Shown here one piece after another: positions 38,407-49,300 of a stretch of DNA of 64,000 nt. The translations under genes were made by a program, and so were the position numbers. Each line of letters opens with the position of its first letter. The stretch's first letter is position 1. The notes under the pieces are model-generated. The model was not told where the DNA came from. It saw only the letters and a program-made list of their open reading frames with translations, and did not search any database. Source of the stretch: Dendrobates tinctorius (lineage: Eukaryota); contig NW_027361677.1 of assembly GCF_039654945.1 (NCBI RefSeq), forward strand, positions 24,118,001-24,182,000, read 5' to 3'.

Positions 38407-41390
38407 CCCTGTCTGACATGTGACGTACTATCCCATCCACGTGACCCGGGCCCGTGGACGGGATAGTACGTCACCGCGATCAACGGCGCTCACGGGGGAA
38501 GCGCTGCTAATCGCGGCCGAGTGTCAGCTGATTATCATGGCTGACACCCTAACAGGGGCGGTCACGGACCGCCCCCGGCACATTAACCCATGGCCCACTG
38601 CGATCAAACATGATCGCAGTGTACTGGGGGGCATAGGGAATAATCATACAGGGAGGGGGCTTCTTGCGTGCTTCCCTGAGACCCTCGGAACAGCGCGATG
38701 TGATCGTGCTGTTTCGAGGGTCTCCTCCCTGCAAGCCCCTGGATCCAATATGGCTACGGGGGCCTTCGGAGTCCAGCAGGGAGGCGGCTTTCTCAGTGCC
38801 TGCTGAGAGCAGGCACTGAGGAAGCCTGTGCAGCACCTGTCAGATCGCTGATCTGACACAGTGCACTGCAAAAGTGTCAGATCAGTGATCTGACACTTTA
38901 TAATAATGTCCGCCTTGGGACAATATAATAAAGTGAAAAAAAAAAGTAAAAATAGATTTTTAAAAAAATTAATAATTAAAATATTCCCTAATAAAAAATT
39001 TTTTTGTAAATAAAAAAAAAACAAAATAAAAGTACACATATTTAGTATCGCCGCGACCGTAACGACCCGCCCTATTAAACTGTCCCACTAGTTAACCCCT
39101 TTAGTGAACCCCTTCAAAAAACAAAACAAAAAAACAATGCTTTATCATCATACCGCCGAACAAAAAGTGCAATAACGCCTAAACGCGTGATCAAAAAGAC
39201 GGATATAAATAACCATGGTACCGCTGAAAACGTCATCTTGTCCCGCAAATAATGAGCCACCACACAGCTTCATCAGTGAAAAAAAAAAAAAAAAAGTTAT
39301 AGCTCACAGAATAAAGCGATGCAAAAATTATTATTTATATAAAATTGTTTTCATTGCATAAAAGCGCCAAAACATAAAAAACGACAAATAAGGTATCGCT
39401 GTAACCGTACTGACCCGAAGAATAAAACCGCTTTATCAATTTTACCACACGTGGAATGGTATAAACGCCCACCCCAAAAGAAATTCTTGAAACGCTGGTT
39501 TTTGTTCATTCTGCGTCCCAAAAATCAGAATAAAATTGATCAAAAAGTGTCACGTGCCCAAAAATGGCACCAATAAAAACTTCAACTCGGCCCGCAAAAA
39601 ATAAGACCTCACATGACTCGGTGGGTCAAAATATGGAAAAATTATAGCTCTCAAAATGTGGGGATGCAAAAACTATTTTTACAATAAAATGCGTCTTTTA
39701 GCGTGTGACAGCTGCCAAACATAAAAACCGCCATAAATAGTAAATCAAACCCCCCCGTTATCACCCCCTTAGTTTGCTCTCCAAATGCGACATGGCGCCT
39801 GATCTCAATTCCAGCCAATTCTGCGTTGAAAAAGTCAAATGGTCCTCCTTCCCTTCCAAGCTCTGCCATGCGCCTAAACAGTGGTTTACCCCCACATACG
39901 GGGTATCAGCCTACTCAGGACAAATTGCACAACAACTTTTGGGGTCCAATTTCTCCTGTTACCCTTGGGAAAATAAAACAATTGGGGACTAAAAGATCAT
40001 GTTTGTGGAAAAAATATGATTTTTTTTATTTTCACGTCCGGACGTTATAAACTTCTGTTAAGCACTTGGGGTTCAAAGTGCTCACCACACATTTAGATAA
40101 GTTCCTTGGGGGGTCTAGTTTCCAAAATGAGGTCACTTGTGGGGAGTTTCCACTGTTCACGCACATCAGGGGCTCTCCAAACGCGACATGGCGCCCGATT
40201 TCAATTCCAGCAAATTTTGCATCAAACGGCGCTCCTTCCCTTCCGAGCTCTGCCATGCACCCCAAACCGTGGTTTACCCCCACATATGGAGTATCAGTGT
40301 ACTCAGGACAAATTGCACAATAACTTTTGGGGTCCTGTTTCACTTGGAAAAATAAAAATTTGGGGTGAATAGATAAATTTTGTGGAAAAAATATGATTTT
40401 TTTTTAATTGTTCAGCTGTACGTTATAAACTTCTGTAAAGCCCTTGGGGGTTCAAAGTTCTCACCACATATCTAGATAAGTTCCTTGGGGGGTCTAGTTT
40501 CCAAAATGGTGTCACTTGTGGGGGGTTTCCACTGTTTAGGCACATCAGGGGCTCTCCAAATGCGATATGGCGTCAAGCCAATTCTGCGTTGAAATCAAGT
40601 CAAACGGCGCTCCTTCCCTTCTGAGCTCTGCCATGCGCCCAAACAGTGGTTCCCCCCCACATATCAGGTATCGGCGTACTCAGGACAAATTGCACAATAA
40701 CTTTTGCGTTCAATTTCCCGTTACCCTTGGTAAAATAAAAAAATTGGACCTGAAGTATTTTTTTTGTGAAAAAAAAGTTACCGTAAATGTTCATTTTTTT
40801 TTTTTAAACATTCAAAAAATTCCTATGAAGCACCTGAAGGGTTAATAAACGTCTTGAATGTGGTTTTGAGCGCCTTGAGGCGTGCAGTTTTTAGAATGGT
40901 GTCACTTCTGGGTATTTTCTATCATATAGACCCCTCAAAGTGGCTTCAAATGTGATGTGGTCCCTAAAAATAAAATGGTGTTGTAAAAATCAGAAATCGC
41001 TGGTCAAATTTTAACCCTTAGAACTTCCTAACAAAAAAAAAAAAATTGGTTCCAAAATTGTGCTGATGTAAAGTAAACATGTGGGAAATGTTACTTATTA
41101 AGTTTTTTGTGTGACATATCTGTGTGATTTAAGGGCATAAAAATTCAAAGTTGAAAAATTGCAAAATTTTCGCCAATTTTCTCTTTTTTTTTCACAACTA
41201 AACGCAAGTCATATATATGAATGAAATTTTACCACTATCATCAAGTACAATATGTCACGAGAAAACAATGTCAGAATCACCGGGATCCATGGAAGCGTTT
41301 CAGAGTTATTACCTCATTAAGGTGCAGTGGTCAGAATTGTAAAAATTGGCCCGGTCATGAACGTGCAAACCACCCTTGGGGGTAAAGGGG
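38407..41390. mobile_element. ~3 kb non-autonomous piggyBac-like element
   Basis: TTAT-CCC...AAAGGGG-TTAA termini, a subterminal palindrome GACGTACTATCCC...GGGATAGTACGTC, and internal ~390-bp subrepeats at 39770-40740. It is absent at the homologous position of copy A (~23160). Confidence 0.65.
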
Positions 41391-41966
41391 TTAAACTTTA
41401 GTTCTTTTTTACATTTTACTATATTTCGTCCTCTTGGGAGAGTTGAAGCTGCGATCGTCCGAGCTCCACATCATGCTTCCTCCCTGCCATGTACAGCAAA
41501 AATCACATTCTCCTAGGAACATAAGCCACAAGCCGGCGTTCACAGAAGATTCACAATGGCAAACACAGGGGTCTCTCTGCAGACCCCCTGCTGTCATGAC
41601 AACCCATCGGCACCCCGCGATCATGTGATGAGTGCTGATGGGTGGGATTTCTGACACGCTTCCAGTTGACGCATGTTAAATCCAGTTGTCAGAGACTGGC
41701 AGCGGGATTTAACTGGTTAACAGCTGCAGGCCGAGCTCTCCCATGGGAGATTTTAGGCTCTTGATACCTTAGTTTCTTCTCTGGCGGCTTATTACCTCCT
41801 AGAGAACTAAGGAGAGCCTCCTGACATCACACAGAATGTCGTCCCCCAGCTCTTCCAGCTTAGACCGTGACTCAAGGACTCGTCCTTATCGTGATTTCAG
41901 GGTTTATTGGTCCCATCGCTGGTTTAGGTAAATCTCGTATAATATCTTATCCTTTTTCTCTTCCAG

Positions 41967-42093
41967 GGACTTGATGACATTTTATGATTACAAAGAAGCT
42001 GCTGTGTGTTACCAGGAGGCCTGGAGGCGACTCCGAGAACAGCGCTTCACATCCTGGATCCGAGCGTCACGCGACTACCTGCACTTCAGCTGA
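41967..42093 (+). CDS. ADAT1: Second intact copy of the ADAT1 terminal exon (candidate alternative last exon)
   Basis: Acceptor cctttttctcttccag, same phase, (R)[41 protein letters not shown], and AATAAA at 42796. Confidence 0.7.
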
Positions 42094-42130
42094 GACCAAC
42101 GGTGGAAATCAGCACATCCACCAAGTGTAA

Positions 42131-42496
42131 AGGGGGCTTTACACATAGCGATATCGCTAAAGCATCACCAATTTGGTGACGCAGCAGCGATATCGCTATG
42201 TGTTGTGTGATACTTACCTCCGACCGGCTCCCCCGCTGTCCATCGCTGATCATGCAGCTTCATTTCTCGTCGGGCGCTTCCTGCTGGCGCCGATGAGCGA
42301 CGCATGGACGCGGACGGAGGACGTCAGGATCGCCGCGTCTGAAAGGTAAGTATCGTCTGCTGTATCACTGCTGCATTGCTGTGAGATCTACCTGTGTGGA
42401 AGCTCACTAGCGATCATTTAGCGATGCACCAGCGATCCTGACCGGGTCATATCGCTTGTCGGGATCGCTGGTGCATCGCTAAATGTAAAGGGGCCT
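42131..42496. mobile_element. Harbinger-type MITE specific to copy B
   Basis: TAA-AGGGGGCTTTACAC...TGTAAAGGGGCCT-TAA. The empty site gtgTAAgact is present in copy A (~23898). Confidence 0.85.
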
Positions 42497-44019
42497 TAAG
42501 ACTCACACGAAACCTGGGGACAGGTAATCGGCACGTCCACCCAAGTTTAAGACTTGCACCGAACCCGGGGATCGGTAATCAGCACGTCCACCCAAGTGTA
42601 AGACTGACACCAAACCCGGGGATTGGCGATCAGCACGTCCACCCAAGTCTAAGACTGACACCGAACCCGGGGATCGGCAATAGGCGCGTCCACCCAAGTG
42701 TAAAGACTGACACCGAATCTGGGGATTGGCCTCTTCTGTACACCGTCCAAATATCAGTAAACGAGTATTGCTAGGATTATGATTTGAACAAAAAAAATAA
42801 AAGTATTAAAAAGGTGTTTTTCAATTACTTTCTTTGTAATCACATTTTTAAACAATGGGTACACAATAAAAGCCCTACACCCTTCCACCAATGCTTTCTC
42901 CTGTCATCGAGAATGACAGCAGCATATAAAGCGTGCATAGCTGTGATTCATGTTTTGTTGATCCAGACTATTGGGTCACTATAAGTCAGGGGTGCACAAC
43001 ATTTTCTGGTCCAAGGGTTGCAAAAAATTTAAAGCAGTACTCGTATCAATACATGACCAGAACAAAGTTTTGGGTACTTGAGGATTTGGAGAGAATCTGC
43101 TCAGTTTGCGCAGTAACATCTGAAAGCAATGTTCTTAGATGCCACTGCGCAGGCGAGGACGCCATTTTGCTATAGTTACATTTTTTAAGCCCCAACCTGA
43201 CAATGCCTGTAGTTTACTACATGATGACAGGTTCTCTAACAATGGTGAGGAGATACTGGGAGTCGTTAAGTCATCAGACTGCGGACCATGCGGGAACCAC
43301 AGGACTGATGACAGTCCGTATCGCAGATAAATAATTACATCCGGGTACCTTATATTTTACATCTTCTCTAAATGAATTTGTTCCCATCACTTCTTGTCTC
43401 CATGTAGCACAGATGCCATGGAGAGATTTCATGCTTGAGTTCATCTTCACAGACTTCCCTCCTCTCCGTCTTCAGCAGCGATTTCTGACACTGTGCTCTT
43501 GAAAATTTAAGTATCATTTTACGGCACCATAAAGATCCCCCATGCTGCACGCCTGAATTGCCTGGGCTTCCTGCATAATATACCCCCCCACCACGGTACC
43601 TCTGCAAAATGTGCCCCTCACACCACACTGCCCCTTTGAATAAAATACCCCCTACCACCACCTCGAACAAAACTATGCCCCCTTTCAAAACGGTCTCCAC
43701 CATTACGTGTCCTCACAGTAACATTAACCCCCTCCCCATCTTATCCACAACGATTAAGCATGCAGTCTTTGGCTATTTTGGCCGTGCTGTCTCGTCTCCT
43801 GGCAGTTTGGTGTCAGCAGCAGCGTGATCACACTGCTGCACATCAAGGACAGGGACTGATGAGCGCTGCTGCACGCCGGAGCCGGGACTGATGAGCGCTG
43901 CTGCACGCCGGAGCCGGGACTGATGAGCGCTGCTGCACGCCGGAGCCGGGACTGATGAGCGCTACTTCTATCCCGGCTCCACAGTCTTTAAATGTATTTG
44001 TGTCTAAGAGACGCAAATA

Positions 44020-45625
44020 CAGTGGGGCAAAAAAGTATTTAGTCAGTCAGCAATAGTGCAAGTTCCACCACTTAAAAAGATGAGAGGCGTCTGTAATTTA
44101 CATCATAGGTAGACCTCAACTATGGGAGACAAACTGAGAAAAAAAAATCCAGAAAATCACATTGTCTGTTTTTTTTTCATTTTATTTGCATATTATGGTG
44201 GAAAATAAGTATTTGGTCAGAAACAAGCAATCAAGATTTCTGGCTCTCACAGACCTGTAACTTCTTCTTTAAGAGTCTCCTCTTTCCTCCACTCATTACC
44301 TGTAGTAATGGCACCTGTTTAAACTTGTTATCAGTATAAAAAGACACCTGTGCACACCCTCAAACAGTCTGACTCCAAACTCCACTATGGTGAAGACCAA
44401 AGAGCTGTCAAAGGACACCAGAAACAAAATTGTAGCCCTGCACCAGGCTGGGAAGACTGAATCTGCAATAGCCAACCAGCTTGGAGTGAAGAAATCAACT
44501 GTGGGAGCAATAATTAGAAAATGGAAGACATACAAGACCACTGATAATCTCCCTCGATCTGGTGCTCCACGCAAAATCCCACCCCGTGGGGTCAGAATGA
44601 TCACAAGAACGGTGAGCAAAAATCCCAGAACCACGCGGGGGGACCTAGTGAATGAACTGCAGAGAGCTGGGACCAATGTAACAAGGCCTACCATAAGTAA
44701 CACACTACGCCACCATGGACTCAGATCCTGCAGTGCCAGACGTGTCCCACTGCTTAAGCCTGTACATGTCCGGGCCCGTCTGAAGTTTGCTAGAGAGCAT
44801 TTGGATGATCCAGAGGAGTTTTGGGAGAATGTCCTATGGTCTGATGAAACCAAACTGGAACTGTTTGGTAGAAACACAACTTGTCGTGTTTGGAGGAAAA
44901 AGAATACTGAGATGCATCCATCAAACACCATACCTACTGTAAAGCATGGTGGTGGAAACATCATGCTTTGGGGCTGTTTCTCTGCAAAGGGGCCAGGACG
45001 ACTGATCCGGGTACATGAAAGAATGAATGGGGCCATGTATCGTGAGATTTTGAGTGCAAACCTCCTTCCATCAGCAAGGGCATTGAAGATGAAACGTGGC
45101 TGGGTCTTTCAACATGACAATGATCCAAAGCACACCGCCAGGGCAACGAAGGAGTGGCTTCGTAAGAAGCATTTCAAGGTCCTGGAGTGGCCTAGCCAGT
45201 CTCCAGATCTCAACCCTATAGAAAACCTTTGGAGGGAGTTGAAAGTCCGTGTTGCCAAGCGAAAAGCCAAAAACATCACTGCTCTAGAGGAGATCTGCAT
45301 GGAGGAATGGGCCAACATACCAACAACAGTGTGTGGCAACCTTGTGAAGACTTACAGAAAACGTTTCACCTCTGTCATTGCCAACAAAGGATATATCACA
45401 AAGTATTGAGATGAAATTTTGTTTCTGACCAAATACTTATTTTCCACCATAATATGCAAATAAAATGAAAAAAAAACAGACAATGTGATTTTCTGGATTT
45501 TTTTTTCTCAATTTGTCTCCCATAGTTGAGGTCTACCTATGATGTAAATTACAGACGCCTCTCATCTTTTTAAGTGGTGGAACTTGCACTATTGCTGACT
45601 GACTAAATACTTTTTTGCCCCACTG
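44020..45625 (+). mobile_element. Full-length Tc1/mariner transposon (1606 bp)
   Basis: TA TSD (44018-44019, 45626-45627) and ~206-bp near-identical TIRs starting CAGTGGGGCAAAAAAGTATTT. Confidence 0.98.
44387..45409 (+). CDS. Tc1-family DD34E transposase, 340 aa, intact
   Basis: N-terminal HTH region, a GAPRK linker, and [14 protein letters not shown] and [11 protein letters not shown] motifs. There are 34 residues between the second D and the E. Confidence 0.97.
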   Translation: MVKTKELSKDTRNKIVALHQAGKTESAIANQLGVKKSTVGAIIRKWKTYKTTDNLPRSGAPRKIPPRGVRMITRTVSKNPRTTRGDLVNELQRAGTNVTRPTISNTLRHHGLRSCSARRVPLLKPVHVRARLKFAREHLDDPEEFWENVLWSDETKLELFGRNTTCRVWRKKNTEMHPSNTIPTVKHGGGNIMLWGCFSAKGPGRLIRVHERMNGAMYREILSANLLPSARALKMKRGWVFQHDNDPKHTARATKEWLRKKHFKVLEWPSQSPDLNPIENLWRELKVRVAKRKAKNITALEEICMEEWANIPTTVCGNLVKTYRKRFTSVIANKGYITKY

Positions 45626-45831
45626 TACATTTGAGTAGACGAGGAGGAAGCAGTGCATCTCGGACAGCCCCACGGGCCGCACACCCTCGTCCGGTGGGCC
45701 GCACACCTTCGTCCCGTGGGCCGCACATTTTGCAGGTCTGTCATAAACCATAGTTCAGGTCTGGAGGTGTAAAATGCATAGTGTGAGTAATTCCTTACTG
45801 TGACGAAACGAGAAGTTATGGACTGAATGGT

Positions 45832-45837
45832 TTTATT
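45832..45837 (-). terminator. Putative GABARAPL2 poly(A) signal AATAAA
   Basis: TTTATT on the plus strand about 480 nt past the stop, followed by GT/T-rich sequence on the minus strand. Confidence 0.55.
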
Positions 45838-46313
45838 TGCAGGAATTTGTAAAGGTGAATATTACATACCGGTAATTACTGATTACAATATCAATCACTA
45901 ATCATCTGTGTCTTATAGCGAAGGTCAGCAAATGACAGAACCATGGAAATAAAATCCAAAACCTACATATGATGAATGCTACCAGTGGGGGGGGTCACCG
46001 CCGGACCCCACCTCTTCCTAAGTACTATTATTTGACCACTTCACTGCCAAAGTAAATCGGCTGCAGATTTCTACCTTCCGACATGTTGACTGACTGCCTC
46101 TTTGGCAGTAAAGTGACGTCTTCACAAAGCACAAAAAATAAATTACTTAAAAAAGAAGAAACAAAAATTAGACAAAGATGGAGGGCAAGACGTGGAAAAG
46201 AAAAACAAAAGAAGGCGTCCAGTTAAGATGCATCTAATTCTATGGGGTGGAGACTTACACATCATGTTAAAACCACTGACATTATTTACAAGATTCACAA
46301 GCCGTCGATGCGT

Positions 46314-49300
46314 CTAAAAGCCGAACGTGTTCTCTCCGCTGTACGCCACGTACAAAAAGCCGTCCTCGTCTTTTTCTTTCTCGTACAGCTGTCCCATGGT
46401 TAGACTGAAGGGGAAAGAGACAGGAAAACAATTACTGAGCCGCACTGCCGTTCCACGGGATCAAACTTTGGCTTTGTCATGTGATTAGACATTGATGAGA
46501 CTGACTGCCACGGCTTGTTAAAATATCTAGAAATCTGCTAAATTCCTCTTTAAAGGGATACTCCGGGTTCAGGACAAGTAACAATTGCTAGATTGCTGGA
46601 GTCTGACCAATAACCAGAATGAGGGTCCAGAACTTGGAATGAAGCGGTAGCAAGCACGCCCGACATCCGCGCTATTTCAGAGCAGGACGTGCGGCCATCA
46701 GTCTAAGAGCTTCCACCAATCTAGCCGTTATCACCCTGCAATACCCCCACAGAAATACGGAGGAGTCGGCAAAGGATTAGCATTCAGCCCCCCGCTATCT
46801 ACGATGTGTAGGTAGGTACCGTAACATCAAGGGGGATTCTTTAATGACAAGTGTCCCTTCTGCAATGTGCCAGGTCAGGAACCGTGTTGTTTCCAGTGTG
46901 CCACAACAGAGATGCAATCAATGTTTATCTAGGTTATCCCCTTTAAAAGATACTGAGAACCCCCCCCCCACCAAGCTCCTTGGCGCACGCCCCTCACCGG
47001 CCCGCGATGTGTGACACAAGCCTCTCTCCGACTCACAGTTCCTTCCCCCTCCCCAGTCAACGATGTGCGGTGCACTTGCCCCTCCTTGACATGTGGCTCA
47101 AGCTGGGTGATAGGGGTCATTCTGTGCAACCAAGAAGGCACTTGGAGGAAATCTTGGACTACGTCTCACCTGGATTGAGGCACAGTCTTGTCTACAAACA
47201 GGAAGATGGCTTTTTCTGAAGGCAGTTGAATGCGTTTTCTGATGATCCACATAAACTGAGCCACGGTGATGTCAGAAGGGACCAGGTATTTCCGCTTGTC
47301 GATATCCACAATTTGTGAACCAGATACTTTCTCCACGATGACCTGGGAAGTGCACGAGTAGGACAATTATATTTATTGGGAACATTTCCAGAAGGAATGA
47401 CAGCGTCAGCACAAGTGAGGGGCCACTTTGGTGGCCACATCTATTACATGAAAGTGGGTCGAACCTACAGATTTTGGTGGGACCTCTGTATGTAAATTTT
47501 GCCTTCTGTAAGTGGGTGTGGTCATAAAAAGCTACCTACAGAGAAAGTTGAGGATCACACCCACTTGGCTAACAAGACTAGATAGATAGATAGATAGATA
47601 GATAAACAGGGAGCGTATTTCAGGAGCAGAGAGTCGGAGGAACAAAAGAAAAACAGCACCGGATTCAGGAGCAGAAAGTCGCAGGCACAAAAGAAAAACA
47701 GCACCAGGTAAAGGAGAACAAAAAGATTTACACCAGGTAGCAATAATACGGATTACTGACAAGTGACGAGTCTCCTTTAAGACTATGGGATAACGGAATC
47801 TCAAACAGGTTCTGGTACTCGGAGATAAGAGGGGAATTATTGCTTGTAGCAGATGCAATCTATATACAGCTCTAATAGATCGAGTGCTGAATAATGGATG
47901 AGCCCTCGCAGGAAACACCACAACTTACCGGAACACGGTCTGGATATTTGGCTCGGATTTTCGCCGACTCCACGCACCTGTGCTCTGAAAAAAAAAAAAA
48001 AATTGGCAATTAAGGAAGATTTAGGAAAGAGTCCACGTAATAACCAGGAGATGACGGAGGAGTCACCCGTCAAGTGAGCCGCACGGCAGGAATGTGGGGC
48101 GACTGCCGACAAGATTCTTTATGAATGAGACATGGCGGGTTATTCATGTGATGGCACAGGTGTGTGGCCCCGACGTACCTGGCACGAGACGCCTGCTTCC
48201 CTGGGCCGGATAGTAACAAGGAGCAGCTTGTCAGACACAAAACAAACAGATATAGGGGGAAATGAAACATCCAATTCATGGCCAATAAGAAAGGGGGCAC
48301 CACACAAGATTTTTTTTTTTATCCAAGCCAGAAGCCCCCCACATTTGACCCAGGAAAAAAACAAAAAATAACTTATCGCTTATCTAAGCCATCAAAGAAA
48401 ATTTTGAGACAATAAGCATTGACCGATCCCGTCGATCTCAGTCGGGGCAGACGACCCTCTTCCTGAGCGTATGTGTTAAGAGAGGTGGGGTTCAAAGTGT
48501 ATGTCCCCACCTATCTGACGGACAGTGGGGGAGGGGTGAAGCCGTCCACAGCCCCCCTCCGGCAGTGAATACCGAGCTGCCCAAGTCTCATAGACGAAGC
48601 ATTCTTGTGTAACGCTCCATTAGGAAATGGGAATGTCCAAGTGAGGCCTTCTCATGACCGAGCATCGACAACCAGCACCATCAACCAGGGGGAACGGGAG
48701 AGGGAAGCACAAGGCAGGCTGGAGTGGTTCGGGACAGGGGGCAGACACTCACGAGGATTGCTTATTAATCTTAGTCGGTGACTTGATAGCACAGACCTGT
48801 AGCCGCTGCCCCAGAGAATTATCGGAGCCTCATCAGTCCTGATCTACAAGAACGGCTGCACTTACCTATCCTCCACCACAAATAGAAAAAACACAGAACA
48901 AAAAACAAAGATAATATATAAATGTGGGCGGGGCAGGAGGGTATAATCCACAGGATATAATGTACAGTGGGAGGGGCAGGAGGGTATAATCCACAGGATA
49001 TAATGTACAGGGGGAGGGGCAGGAGTGTATAATACACAGGATATAATGTACAGGGGGAGGAGTAACAGGGTATAATGTACAGGGGGAGGGGCAGGAGGGT
49101 ATAATCCACAGGATATAATGTACAGGGGGAGGGGCAGGAGTGTATAATACACAGGATATAATGTACAGGGGGAGGGGCAGGAGGGTATAATCCACAGGAT
49201 GTAATGTACAGGGGGAGGAGTAGCAGGGTATAATGTACAGGGGGAGGGGCAGGAGGGTATAAGCCACAGGATATAATGTACAGGGGGAGGGGCAGGAGTG

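Larger units (their letters stand above)
41395..48551. repeat. Segmental duplication copy B
   Basis: Collinear with 23164-28496, plus copy-specific MITE and Tc1 insertions. Confidence 0.95.

Noticed and set aside
44296-45036. 246-aa antisense ORF
   Set aside because: Shadow ORF opposite the Tc1 transposase.
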